DNA of 40,302 nt. Source: a virus. Taxonomy: Duplodnaviria; Heunggongvirae; Uroviricota; Caudoviricetes. The translations under genes were made by a program, and so were the position numbers. The stretch is taken from the IMG/VR virus record IMGVR_UViG_2654588006_000003. One strand, 5' to 3'. This document shows, piece by piece, positions 18,425-28,847 of this stretch; positions within the stretch are counted from its first letter, which is position 1; each line of letters begins with the position of its first letter. A model generated the notes under the pieces. That model was not told the DNA's origin, searched no databases, and saw only the letters and a program-made list of their open reading frames with translations.

Positions 18425-18640
18425 ATGAAATCAATGGATAAGTTAACAACAGGTGTTGCCTATGGCACATCGGCGGGTAATGCTGGTTTCTGGGCATTGC
18501 AGTTACTCGATAAAGTAACTCCGTCACAGTGGGCTGCAATCGGTGTGCTGGGTAGCCTGGTTTTTGGCCTGCTGACGTATCTGACAAATCTTTATTTCAA
18601 GATTAAAGAAGACAGGCGTAAGGCTGCGAGAGGAGAGTAA
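18425..18640 (+). CDS. essQ: Class II holin / pinholin, S21-like (71 aa)
   Basis: [23 protein letters not shown]... from internal ATG of ORF 18350..18640; two Met codons (M1, M4) form a dual-start motif; precedes a SAR endolysin. Confidence 0.9.
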   Translation: MKSMDKLTTGVAYGTSAGNAGFWALQLLDKVTPSQWAAIGVLGSLVFGLLTYLTNLYFKIKEDRRKAARGE

Positions 18641-18644
18641 TCCA

Positions 18645-18952
18645 ATGACTCAAGACTATGAACTGGTTGTGAAAGGAGTCCGTAATTTTGAGAATAAAGT
18701 TACGGTAACTGTAGCCTTACAGGACAAAGAACGCTTTGACGGTGAAATTTTTGACCTGGATGTCGCCATGGACCGTGTTGAAGGAGCTGCGCTGGAGTTT
18801 TATGAGGCAGCAGCCAGAAGGAGCGTCCGGCAAGTCTTCCTGGAAGTAGCAGAAAAATTGTCAGAAAAAGTTGAGTCTTATCTGCAGCATCAGTACTCCT
18901 TTAAGATTGAAAATCCTGCCAATAAGCACGAGCGTCCTCATCATAAATATCT

Positions 18953-18956
<4 letters not shown>
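18645..18956 (+). CDS. ydfR: YdfR-like protein (103 aa), unknown function
   Basis: ORF track; sits between holin and endolysin. Confidence 0.75.
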
Positions 18957-19980
<1,024 letters not shown>

Positions 19981-20342
19981 GGTAATATTAAATCGGAACA
20001 TTTACATCGCGGAATGTAAAATTTAAATAAAAAGGACTCTTCCATGAGCCAAAATTCCTGAAATCTTAAGGGTAAGATAAAAGGTCTTAATCAGAATGAC
20101 ACGTTTTATTAATAAATAAAGCTATTCTTTCATTGCTGTGTTTTTCTTTACAAAAGTAATCCTTGCTATGGGTGGTTAATCATGCGTTAATGGTGTTCTG
20201 GTTTGTTACAAATTTATCTGAAGCAGTCATTGTTATAATTTTATTATTTGTACCTCTTGAGATTTCCTTGTTGGTTTTTCTCTCTGATATTTTTTTTCGG
20301 ACCATTCTGCCCAAGGGCTAATTTCTTCAAAAGGTAATAATT

Positions 20343-20555
20343 ATGTCTAACAAAATGACTGGTTTAGTGAAATGGTTTAACCCTGAAAAAGGTTTTGGTT
20401 TCATCACGCCGAAAGATGGCAGCAAAGATGTGTTTGTCCATTTCTCAGCAATTCAGAGCAACGATTTCAAAACATTAACTGAGAATCAGGAAGTTGAATT
20501 TGGTATTGAGAACGGACCTAAAGGTCCTGCCGCTGTTCATGTAGTGGCGCTTTGA
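20343..20555 (+). CDS. cspI: Cold-shock protein CspI (70 aa)
   Basis: ORF track; CSD signature [23 protein letters not shown]... Confidence 0.9.
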   Translation: MSNKMTGLVKWFNPEKGFGFITPKDGSKDVFVHFSAIQSNDFKTLTENQEVEFGIENGPKGPAAVHVVAL

Positions 20556-20589
20556 GGTAGACAATATTACAAACCATATTCACTTTAGA

Positions 20590-20752
20590 TGCCCGTGTTG
20601 TCATGGTTCCCAGTATAGAACATCATCTTTTGATGTTTCTGACATGAATCCTTTCGGGGCAAAATGTATCTTTTGTAAATCAATGATGATTACATTTGAT
20701 AATATTTCACAATACTTAAATGCCAGCCGTCTGTCGTTGGATTTAAAAAAGT
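20590..20752 (+). CDS. ynfN: YnfN-like small zinc-ribbon protein; start codon unclear
   Basis: Open frame ...RCPCCHGSQYRTSSFDVSDMNPFGAKCIFCKSMMITFDNISQYLNASRLSLDLKK ending TGA 20750..20752; no in-frame ATG before codon Met-21 (20644). Symbol from memory. Confidence 0.35.
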
Positions 20753-20759
20753 GAAAATG

Positions 20760-20783
20760 AAGGCTCCTTCGGGAGCTTTTTTG
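20760..20783 (+). terminator. Rho-independent terminator
   Basis: gctcc-ttcg-ggagc stem followed by a T6 run. Confidence 0.65.
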
Positions 20784-20864
20784 CTTGGTGTCTATTCGAT
20801 GGATACTCACATACTACGGTAACATCATGAAAAAAATCATAGTTTTTTTAACTCTGAACCAGCA

Positions 20865-21056
20865 GTGGTAGTGCCAGCGATGACTGGAGTTAACACCATC
20901 ATGCGTGAATATCCAAATGGCGAAAAAACACACCTTACTGTAATGGCCGCAGGGTTTCCATCTCTGACCGGAGATCATAAAGTCATTTATGTAGCCGCGG
21001 ATCGACATGTTACTTCAGAAGAAATTCTGGAAGCAGCAATAAGGCTCTTGAGTTGA
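20865..21056 (+). CDS. Hypothetical small protein (63 aa)
   Basis: ORF track only; protein-like composition but no recognised family and weak RBS. Confidence 0.25.
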   Translation: MVVPAMTGVNTIMREYPNGEKTHLTVMAAGFPSLTGDHKVIYVAADRHVTSEEILEAAIRLLS

Positions 21057-21225
21057 TTTGATGCTATTGCATTGATAATTCAGGAAAATTCTCTTTGTCT
21101 GTTTGTGTAAAATTTAGACTATCGTATGTTGATTATTGCGATGTTTCATCTTATCTTTTACACGTTTGCACCATATAATCGACTTACTGTGTAACTGGAA
21201 AGTCATAACAGACTAAAAGAGGAAA

Positions 21226-21401
21226 TGATGAATATTGAAAACTTAAAAACAAAAGCAGAAGCAGATATTTCTGAATATATAACAAAAAAAATTATTGAAC
21301 TTAAGAAAAAGACCGGGAAAGAAGTTACCAGTATTCAGTTTACCGCACGGGAAAAAATGACGGGTCTTGAAAGCTATGATGTCAAGATTAATTTAATCTG
21401 A
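21226..21401 (+). pseudogene. gnsB: gnsB-like gene with 5' frameshift
   Basis: ATGATGAATATTGAA (MMNIE) runs into TAA after 6 codons; the GnsB-like body (...LKTKAEADISEYITKKIIELKKKTGKEVTSIQFTAREKMTGLESYDVKINLI) continues in another frame to TGA 21399..21401. Confidence 0.5.
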
Positions 21402-21552
21402 TGTATTCAATAATAAAATTTATCCATAAACCTCGTTTTTACGGGGTTTTGTTATATTTGAATGGTTCCGAATATCTAAATCACAATTGTTGATGGTTTT
21501 TATTAAACCAATGCAGTCCGGCTCAGGAGTGAGAGAAGCCGGACGTTATGGT

Positions 21553-21963
21553 TTAGCGTGGTAAGATCTGTGTAGTTTTCTGGATGCTTTCAGTAAATAG
21601 TAATGAATTATCAAAGGTATAGTAATATCTTTTTTGTTCGTGGATATTTGTAACCCACCGAAAAACTCCTGCTTTAGCAAGGTTTCTTCTGTATTCCTGA
21701 AATGTGATCTCTCTGGATTTCAGCTTATTAGAGGTCGTTTCTATAAGATGCCTATCCTTTGAAAATTTGACAGACACAATGTTTTTTAGGCCCTTTAATA
21801 ACACTGTATTATCATTTTTTAATACAATATGAACATTCTCTGTGGCTAAATAGTAAATGTAATGTGAGACATTGTGACGTTTTAGCTCAGAATAAAACCA
21901 TTGATAGTTTAAATCGTTTCGAACTTTATCAAATATTTGTTTAAAAATGACTACCTGATCCAT
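21553..21963 (-). CDS. ydfO: YdfO-like DUF1398 protein (136 aa)
   Basis: Internal ATG ([14 protein letters not shown]...) of ORF 21553..21978; sequence recognised. Confidence 0.85.
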
Positions 21964-22020
21964 AGATAAACCTTCCATGTGATATGAGGGGGCGTAGTCT
22001 GCACGATTATCTAAATTGCT

Positions 22021-22254
22021 TCAATCTGGTCTGACCTGTTTTCTGAGCAATTCAGTAATGTCACTCTTTTCTTTGTTTGCTTCAGAAGAAACTCTTTTTT
22101 CTGAGCACAGTCTCCGGCGGCAGGCTTCAATGACCCAGGCTGAGAAATTCCCGGACCCTTTTTGCTCAAGAGCGATGTTAATTTGTTCAATCATTTGGTT
22201 AGGAAAGCGGATGTTGCGGGTTGTTGTTCTGCGGGTTCTGTTCTTCGTTGACAT
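22021..22254 (-). CDS. Small ribbon-helix-helix-like DNA-binding protein (77 aa)
   Basis: ORF track; basic N-terminus then beta-strand/helix pattern (TRNIRFPNQMIEQINIALEQKGSGNFSAWVIEACRRRL); lies just upstream of cos. Confidence 0.5.
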   Translation of the reverse strand: MSTKNRTRRTTTRNIRFPNQMIEQINIALEQKGSGNFSAWVIEACRRRLCSEKRVSSEANKEKSDITELLRKQVRPD

Positions 22255-22419
22255 GAGGTTGCCCCGTATTCAGTGTCGCTGATTTGTATTGTCTGAAGTT
22301 GTTTTTACGTTAAGTTGATGCAGATCAATTAATACGATACCTGCGTCATAATTGATTATTTGACGTGGTTTGATGGCCTCCACGCACGTTGTGATATGTA
22401 GATGATAATCATTATCACT

Positions 22420-22640
22420 TTACGGGTCCTTTCCGGTGATCCGACAGGTTACGGGGCGGCGACCTCGCGGGTTTTCGCTATTTATGAAAATTTTCCGGTT
22501 TAAGGCGTTCCGTTCTTCTTCGTCATAACTTAATGTTTTTATTTAAAATACCCCCTGAAAAGAAAGGAAACGACAGGTGCTGAAAACGAGCTTTTGGGCC
22601 TCTGTCGTTTCCTTTCTCTGTTTTTGGCCGTGGAATGAAC
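22420..22640 (+). other. Lambda-type cohesive end site (cosQ-cosN-cosB)
   Basis: Sequence ...ccgacaggttacg/GGGCGGCGACCT/cgcgggttttcgctatttatgaaaattttccgg... matches the joined lambda right and left ends; 12-nt cohesive end at 22454..22465; lies about 190 bp upstream of Nu1. Confidence 0.85.
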
Positions 22641-22641
22641 A

Positions 22642-23187
22642 ATGGAAGTCAACAAAAAGCAGCTGGCTGACATTTTCGGTGCGAGTATCCGTACCATTCA
22701 GAACTGGCAGGAACAGGGAATGCCCGTTCTGCGAGGCGGTGGCAAGGGTAATGAGGTGCTTTATGACTCTGCCGCCGTTATAAGATGGTATGCCGAAAGG
22801 GATGCTGAAATTGAGAACGAAAAGCTGCGCCGGGAAGTTGAAGAACTGCGGCAGGCCAGCGAGGCAGATCTCCAGCCAGGGACTATTGAGTACGAACGCC
22901 ATCGACTTACGCGTGCGCAGGCCGACGCACAGGAACTGAAGAATGCCAGAGACTCCGCTGAAGTGGTGGAAACCGCATTCTGTACTTTCGTGCTGTCGCG
23001 GATCGCAGGTGAAATTGCCAGTATTCTCGACGGGATCCCCCTGTCGGTGCAGCGGCGTTTTCCGGAACTGGAAAACCGACATGTTGATTTCCTGAAACGG
23101 GATATCATCAAAGCCATGAACAAAGCAGCCGCGCTGGATGAACTGATACCGGGGTTGCTGAGTGAATATATCGAACAGTCAGGTTAA
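22642..23187 (+). CDS. nohA: Terminase small subunit, lambda Nu1-type (181 aa)
   Basis: ORF track; MEVNKKQLADIFGASIRTIQNWQEQGMPVLRGGGKGNEVLYDSAAV... near-identical to lambda Nu1 as recalled; overlaps A by 26 nt as in lambda. Confidence 0.95.
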   Translation: MEVNKKQLADIFGASIRTIQNWQEQGMPVLRGGGKGNEVLYDSAAVIRWYAERDAEIENEKLRREVEELRQASEADLQPGTIEYERHRLTRAQADAQELKNARDSAEVVETAFCTFVLSRIAGEIASILDGIPLSVQRRFPELENRHVDFLKRDIIKAMNKAAALDELIPGLLSEYIEQSG

Positions 23188-25087
23188 CAGGCTGCGGCAT
23201 TTTGTCCGCGCCGGGCTTCGCTCACTGTTCCGGCCGGAGCCACAGACCGCCGTTGAATGGGCGGATGCCAATTACTATCTCCCGAAAGAATCCGCATACC
23301 AGGAAGGGCGCTGGGAAACACTGCCCTTTCAGCGGGCCATCATGAATGCGATGGGCAGTGACTACGTCCGCGAGGTGAATGTGGTGAAGTCTGCCCGTGT
23401 TGGTTATTCCAAAATGCTGCTGGGTGTTTATGCCTACTTCATAGAGCATAAGCAGCGCAACACCCTTATCTGGTTGCCGACGGATGGTGATGCCGAGAAC
23501 TTTATGAAAACCCACGTTGAGCCGACCATCCGCGATATTCCGTCGCTGCTGGCGCTGGCTCCGTGGTATGGCAAAAAGCACCGGGATAACACGCTCACCA
23601 TGAAGCGTTTTTCCAATGGTCGTGGCTTCTGGTGCCTGGGCGGTAAAGCGGCAAAAAACTACCGTGAAAAGTCGGTGGATGTGGCGGGTTATGATGAACT
23701 TGCTGCCTTTGATGAGGATATTGAACAGGAAGGCTCTCCGACGTTCCTGGGCGATAAGCGTATTGAAGGCTCGGTCTGGCCAAAGTCCATCCGTGGCTCC
23801 ACGCCCAAAGTGAGAGGCACCTGCCAGATTGAGCGTGCAGCCAGTGAATCCCCGCATTTTATGCGTTTTCATGTTGCCTGCCCGCACTGCGGGGAGGAGC
23901 AGTACCTTAAATTTGGCGATAAAGAGACGCCGTTTGGCCTCAAATGGACGCCGGATGACCCCTCCAGCGTGTTTTATCTCTGCGAGCATAACGCCTGCGT
24001 CATCCGTCAGCAGGAGCTGGACTTCACTGATGCCCGTTATATCTGCGAAAAGACCGGGATCTGGACCCGTGATGGCATTCTCTGGTTTTCGTCATCCGGT
24101 GAAGAGATTGAACCGCCTGACAGCGTGACCTTTCACATCTGGACGGCGTACAGCCCGTTCACCACCTGGGTGCAGATTGTCAAAGACTGGATGAAGACGA
24201 AAGGGGATACGGGAAAACGTAAAACCTTCGTGAACACCACGCTCGGTGAGACGTGGGAAGCGAAAATCGGTGAACGTCCGGATGCTGAAGTGATGGCAGA
24301 GCGGAAAGAGCATTATTCAGCGCCCGTTCCTGACCGTGTGGCTTACCTGACCGCCGGTATCGACTCCCAGCTGGATCGCTACGAAATGCGCGTTTGGGGA
24401 TGGGGGCCGGGTGAGGAAAGCTGGCTGATTGACCGGCAGATTATTATGGGCCGCCACGACGATGAACAGACGCTGCAGCGTGTGGATGAGGCCATCAATA
24501 AAACCTATACCCGCCGGAATGGTGCAGAAATGTCGGTATCCCGTATCTGCTGGGATACTGGCGGGATTGACCCTACCATTGTGTATGAACGCTCGAAAAA
24601 ACATGGGCTGTTCCGGGTGATCCCCATTAAAGGGGCATCCGTCTACGGTAAGCCGGTGGCCAGCATGCCACGTAAGCGAAACAAAAACGGGGTTTACCTT
24701 ACCGAAATCGGTACGGATACCGCGAAAGAGCAGATTTATAACCGCTTCACACTGACGCCGGAAGGGGATGAACCGCTTCCCGGTGCCGTTCACTTCCCGA
24801 ATAACCCGGATATTTTTGATCTGACCGAAGCGCAGCAGCTGACTGCTGAAGAGCAGGTCGAAAAATGGGTGGATGGCAGGAAAAAAATACTGTGGGACAG
24901 CAAAAAGCGACGCAATGAGGCGCTCGACTGCTTCGTTTATGCGCTGGCGGCGCTGCGCATCAGTATTTCCCGCTGGCAGCTGGATCTCAGTGCACTGCTG
25001 GCGAGCCTGCAGGAAGAGGATGGTGCAGCAACCAACAAGAAAACACTGGCAGATTACGCCCGTGCCTTATCCGGAGAGGATGAATGA
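23162..25087 (+). CDS. A: Terminase large subunit, lambda gpA-type (641 aa)
   Basis: ORF track; length and sequence ([43 protein letters not shown]...) match lambda A. Confidence 0.95.
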   Translation: MNISNSQVNRLRHFVRAGLRSLFRPEPQTAVEWADANYYLPKESAYQEGRWETLPFQRAIMNAMGSDYVREVNVVKSARVGYSKMLLGVYAYFIEHKQRNTLIWLPTDGDAENFMKTHVEPTIRDIPSLLALAPWYGKKHRDNTLTMKRFSNGRGFWCLGGKAAKNYREKSVDVAGYDELAAFDEDIEQEGSPTFLGDKRIEGSVWPKSIRGSTPKVRGTCQIERAASESPHFMRFHVACPHCGEEQYLKFGDKETPFGLKWTPDDPSSVFYLCEHNACVIRQQELDFTDARYICEKTGIWTRDGILWFSSSGEEIEPPDSVTFHIWTAYSPFTTWVQIVKDWMKTKGDTGKRKTFVNTTLGETWEAKIGERPDAEVMAERKEHYSAPVPDRVAYLTAGIDSQLDRYEMRVWGWGPGEESWLIDRQIIMGRHDDEQTLQRVDEAINKTYTRRNGAEMSVSRICWDTGGIDPTIVYERSKKHGLFRVIPIKGASVYGKPVASMPRKRNKNGVYLTEIGTDTAKEQIYNRFTLTPEGDEPLPGAVHFPNNPDIFDLTEAQQLTAEEQVEKWVDGRKKILWDSKKRRNEALDCFVYALAALRISISRWQLDLSALLASLQEEDGAATNKKTLADYARALSGEDE

Positions 25088-26448
25088 CGCGACAGGAAGA
25101 ACTTGCCGCTGCCCGTGCGGCACTGCATGACCTGATGACAGGTAAACGGGTGGCAACGGTACAGAAAGACGGGAAAATCCTGCAGGCAGATTACAACACG
25201 CTGATGGCGGCGGCGAAAAAGGACTATGAAGCGACGCTGAAAAAGCCGAAACAGTCCGGCGTGAAGGTGTCTGCGGGCGATCGTCAGGAAGACAGTGCTC
25301 ATGCTGCCCTGCTGACGCTTCAGGCTGAACTCCGGACGCTGGAGAAGCATGCCGGAGCAAATGAGAAAATCAGCCAGCAGCGCCGGGATTTGTGGAAGGC
25401 GGAGAGTCAGTTCGCGGTACTGGAGGAGGCGGCGCAACGTCGCCAGCTGTCTGCACAGGAGAAATCCCTGCTGGCGCATAAAGATGAGACGCTGGAGTAC
25501 AAACGCCAGCTGGCTGCACTTGGCGACAAGGTTACGTATCAGGAGCGCCTGAACGCGCTGGCGCAGCAGGCGGATAAATTCGCACAGCAGCAACGGGCAA
25601 AACGGGCCGCCATTGATGCGAAAAGCCGGGGGCTGACTGACCGGCAGGCAGAACGGGAAGCCACGGAACAGCGCCTGAAGGAACAGTATGGCGATAATCC
25701 GCTGGCGCTGAATAACGTCATGTCAGAGCAGAAAAAGACCTGGGCGGCTGAAGACCAGCTTCGCGGGAGCTGGATGGCAGGCCTGAAGTCCGGCTGGAGT
25801 GAGTGGGAAGAGAGCGCCACGGACAGTATGTCGCAGGTAAAAAGTGCAGCCACGCAGACCTTTGATGGTATTGCACAGAATATGGCGGCGATGCTGACCG
25901 GCAGTGAGCAGAACTGGCGCAGCTTCACCCGTTCCGTGCTGTCCATGATGACAGAAATTCTGCTTAAGCAGGCAATGGTGGGGATTGTCGGGAGTATCGG
26001 CAGCGCCATTGGCGGGGCTGTTGGTGGCGGCGCATTCGCGTCAGGCGGTACAGCCATTCAGGCCGCTGCGGCGAAATTCCATTTTGCAACCGGAGGATTC
26101 ACAGGAACCGGCGGCAAATATGAGCCAGCGGGGATTGTTCACCGTGGTGAATTTGTCTTCACGAAGGAGGCAACCAGCCGGATTGGCGTGGGGAATCTCT
26201 ACCGGCTGATGCGCGGCTATGCCACCGGTGGTTATGTCGGTACACCGGGCAGTCTGGCTGACAGCCGGTCGCAGGCGTCCGGGACGTTTGAGCAGAATAA
26301 CCATGTGGTGATTAACAACGACGGCACGAACGGGCAGATAGGTCCGGCTGCTCTGAAGGCGGTGTATGACATGGCCCGCAAGGGTGCCCGTGATGAAATT
26401 CAGACACAGATGCGTGATGGTGGCCTGTTCTCCGGAGGTGGACGATGA
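25084..26448 (+). CDS. In-frame fusion of head-tail joining protein W N-terminus (about 30 aa) to tape-measure protein H C-terminal part (about 424 aa)
   Basis: Starts [30 protein letters not shown] (lambda W start, overlapping A stop), then continues as a Gln/Ala-rich tape-measure-like sequence ending GGLFSGGGR with ATGA overlap to M, as at the lambda H/M junction. Confidence 0.8.
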   Translation: MTRQEELAAARAALHDLMTGKRVATVQKDGKILQADYNTLMAAAKKDYEATLKKPKQSGVKVSAGDRQEDSAHAALLTLQAELRTLEKHAGANEKISQQRRDLWKAESQFAVLEEAAQRRQLSAQEKSLLAHKDETLEYKRQLAALGDKVTYQERLNALAQQADKFAQQQRAKRAAIDAKSRGLTDRQAEREATEQRLKEQYGDNPLALNNVMSEQKKTWAAEDQLRGSWMAGLKSGWSEWEESATDSMSQVKSAATQTFDGIAQNMAAMLTGSEQNWRSFTRSVLSMMTEILLKQAMVGIVGSIGSAIGGAVGGGAFASGGTAIQAAAAKFHFATGGFTGTGGKYEPAGIVHRGEFVFTKEATSRIGVGNLYRLMRGYATGGYVGTPGSLADSRSQASGTFEQNNHVVINNDGTNGQIGPAALKAVYDMARKGARDEIQTQMRDGGLFSGGGR

Positions 26449-26774
26449 AAACCTTCCGCTGGAAAGTGAAACCCGGTATGGATGTGGCTTCGGCCCCTTC
26501 TGTAAGAAAGGTGCGCTTTGGTGATGGCTATTCCCAGCGAGCGCCTGCCGGGCTGAATGCCAACCTGAAAACGTACAGCGTGACGCTTTCTGTCCCCCGT
26601 GAGGAGGCCACGGTACTGGAGTCGTTTCTGGAAGAGCACGGTGGCTGGAAATCCTTTCTGTGGACGCCGCCTTATGAGTGGCGGCAGATAAAGGTGACCT
26701 GCGCAAAATGGTCGTCGCGGGTCAGTATGCTGCGTGTTGAGTTCAGCGCAGAGTTTGAACAGGTGGTGAACTGA
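26445..26774 (+). CDS. M: Tail tip protein M (109 aa)
   Basis: ORF track; [16 protein letters not shown]... matches lambda M; overlaps the H-derived ORF stop. Confidence 0.95.
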   Translation: MKTFRWKVKPGMDVASAPSVRKVRFGDGYSQRAPAGLNANLKTYSVTLSVPREEATVLESFLEEHGGWKSFLWTPPYEWRQIKVTCAKWSSRVSMLRVEFSAEFEQVVN

Positions 26775-27472
26775 TGCAGGATATCCGGCAGGAAACACTG
26801 AATGAATGCACCCGTGCGGAGCAGTCGGCCAGCGTGGTGCTCTGGGAAATCGACCTGACAGAGGTCGGTGGAGAACGTTATTTTTTCTGTAATGAGCAGA
26901 ACGATAAAGGTGAGCCGGTCACCTGGCAGGGGCGACAGTATCAGGCGTATCCCATTCAGGGGACGGGATTTGAACTGAACGGCAAAGGCAGTGCTGCCCG
27001 TCCGACACTGACGGTTTCTAACCTGCACGGCATGGTCACCGGGATGGCGGAAGATCTGCAGAGTCTGGTCGGCGGAACGGTGGTCCGGCGTAAGGTTTAC
27101 GCCCGTTTTCTGGATGCGGTGAACTTCGTCAACGGAAACAGTGACGCCGATCCGGAGCAGGAGGTGATCAGCCGCTGGCGCATTGAGCAGTGCAGCGAAC
27201 TGAGCGCGGTGAGTGCCTCTTTTGTACTGTCCACGCCGACGGAAACGGACGGCGCTGTTTTTCCGGGACGTATCATGCTGGCCAACACCTGCACCTGGAC
27301 CTATCGCGGCGATGAGTGCGGTTATCACGGTCCGGCGGTCGCGGATGAATATGACCAGCCAACGTTCGATATCACGAAGGATAAATGCAGCAAATGCCTG
27401 AGTGGCTGTAAGTTTCGCAATAACGTCGGCTCCCTTTTCGGGTTCCTTTCCCTTAAAAAGCTTTCCCAGTAA
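26774..27472 (+). CDS. L: Tail tip protein L (232 aa)
   Basis: ORF track; [42 protein letters not shown]... matches lambda L; C-terminal Cys cluster. Confidence 0.95.
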   Translation: MQDIRQETLNECTRAEQSASVVLWEIDLTEVGGERYFFCNEQNDKGEPVTWQGRQYQAYPIQGTGFELNGKGSAARPTLTVSNLHGMVTGMAEDLQSLVGGTVVRRKVYARFLDAVNFVNGNSDADPEQEVISRWRIEQCSELSAVSASFVLSTPTETDGAVFPGRIMLANTCTWTYRGDECGYHGPAVADEYDQPTFDITKDKCSKCLSGCKFRNNVGSLFGFLSLKKLSQ

Positions 27473-27476
27473 TCCC

Positions 27477-28220
27477 ATGACAGAGACAGAATCAGCGATT
27501 CTGGCGCACGCCCTGCGATGTGCGCCAGCGGAGTCGTGCGGCTTCGTGGTGAGAGCGCCGGAGGGGGAAAGATATTTTCCCTGCGTGAATATTTCCGGTG
27601 AGCCGGAGGATTATTTCCGGATGGCTCCGGAGGACTGGCTGCAGGCAGAGATGCAGGGTGAGATTGTGGCGCTGGTCCACAGCCACCCCGGTGGTCTGCC
27701 CTGGCTGAGTGAGGCCGACCGGCGGCTGCAGGTGCAGAGTGATTTGCCGTGGTGGCTGGTCTGCCGTGGGGAGATTCATAAATTCCGCTGTGTGCCGTAT
27801 CTCACCGGGCGGCGCTTTGAGCACGGGGTGACGGACTGTTACACGCTGTTCCGGGATGCTTACCATCTGGCGGGGATTGAGATGCCGGATTTTCATCGCG
27901 AGGATGACTGGTGGCGTCACGGTCAGAATCTCTATCTGGATAATCTGGAGGCCACAGGGCTGTATCAGGTGCCGTTGTCAGCGGCGCAGCCGGGCGATGT
28001 GCTGCTGTGCTGTTTTGGTTCATCGGTGCCGAATCATGCCGCCATTTACTGCGGCGACGGCGAGCTGCTGCACCATATTCCTGAACAACTGAGCAAACGA
28101 GAGAGGTATACCGACAAATGGCAGCGACGCACACACTCCCTCTGGCGTCACCGGGCATGGCACGCATCTGCCTTTACGGGGATTTACAACGATTTGGCCG
28201 CCGCATCGACCTTCGTGTGA
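27477..28220 (+). CDS. K: Tail tip assembly protein K (MPN/JAB plus NlpC/P60-like domains)
   Basis: ORF 27402..28220 with ATG at 27477 (MTETESAIL); HSHPGG JAB motif and Cys/His peptidase-like motif; an alternative internal start at about 27618 (MAPEDW) would give the 199-aa form. Confidence 0.9.
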   Translation: MTETESAILAHALRCAPAESCGFVVRAPEGERYFPCVNISGEPEDYFRMAPEDWLQAEMQGEIVALVHSHPGGLPWLSEADRRLQVQSDLPWWLVCRGEIHKFRCVPYLTGRRFEHGVTDCYTLFRDAYHLAGIEMPDFHREDDWWRHGQNLYLDNLEATGLYQVPLSAAQPGDVLLCCFGSSVPNHAAIYCGDGELLHHIPEQLSKRERYTDKWQRRTHSLWRHRAWHASAFTGIYNDLAAASTFV

Positions 28221-28787
28221 AAACGGGGGCCGAAGCCATCCGGGCGCTGGCCACGCAGCTTCCGTCGTTTCGTCAGAAACTGAGCGACGGCTGGTATCAG
28301 GTACGCATTGCCGGGCGTGATACAGGTGAAACGGAATATCAGCCCGTCTTATGAACCGCTGGCAAATGGTGCTGTGATCCATATCGTGCCGGGTCTGGCA
28401 GGAGCCAAAAGTGGCGGTGTATTCCAGATTGTCCTGGGAGCAGCCTTTCAGGCGGGCTCAGTCGTGACGGCCGGAGCCGCCGTTGCAGCATGGGGGGCAG
28501 CCATTGGGGCCGGTGGTATGTCATGCATCATGTTTTCTCTGGGTGCCAGTATGGTACTTGGTGGTGTGGCGCAGATGCTGGCACCGAAAGCCAGAACTCC
28601 CAGTACACAGACAACGGATAACGGCAAGCAGAACACGTATTTCTCCTCACTGGATAACATGGTTGCCCAGGGCAATGTTCTGCCCGTTCTGTACGGTGAA
28701 ATGCGCGTGGGGTCGCGGGTGGTATCTCAGGAAATCAGCACGGCAGACGAAGGGGACGGTGGTCAGGTTGTGGTGATTGGTCGCTGA
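28118..28787 (+). pseudogene. I: Tail tip assembly protein I, split by a frameshift
   Basis: N-terminal 68 residues in ORF 28118..28354 (MAATHTLPLASPGMARICLYGDLQRFGRRIDLRVKTGAEAIRALATQLP...), C-terminal about 139 residues in a different frame in ORF 28308..28787 (...GAVIHIVPGLAGAKSGGVFQIVLGAA...VVVIGR); total span 670 nt, not a multiple of 3. Confidence 0.8.
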
Positions 28788-28847
28788 TGCAAAACATTTT
28801 ATGTGAAACCGCCTGCGGGCGGTTTTGTCGTTTATGGAGCGTGAGGA

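Noticed and set aside
20601-21008. Minus-strand ORFs 20601..20810 and 20814..21008
   Set aside because: Overlap the plus-strand YnfN-like frame and a terminator; the plus-strand reading shows the conserved zinc ribbon, the minus-strand ones show nothing recognisable.
23222-24793. Minus-strand ORFs of 255 and 158 aa within terminase gene A
   Set aside because: Antisense to a full-length 641-aa terminase large subunit; composition atypical.
25054-27478. Minus-strand ORFs overlapping the H-derived ORF, M and L (25054..25593, 25539..26057, 26041..26706, 26672..27478)
   Set aside because: Antisense to genes with near-identity to lambda tail proteins; biased Arg/Pro/Ala composition; no independent support.
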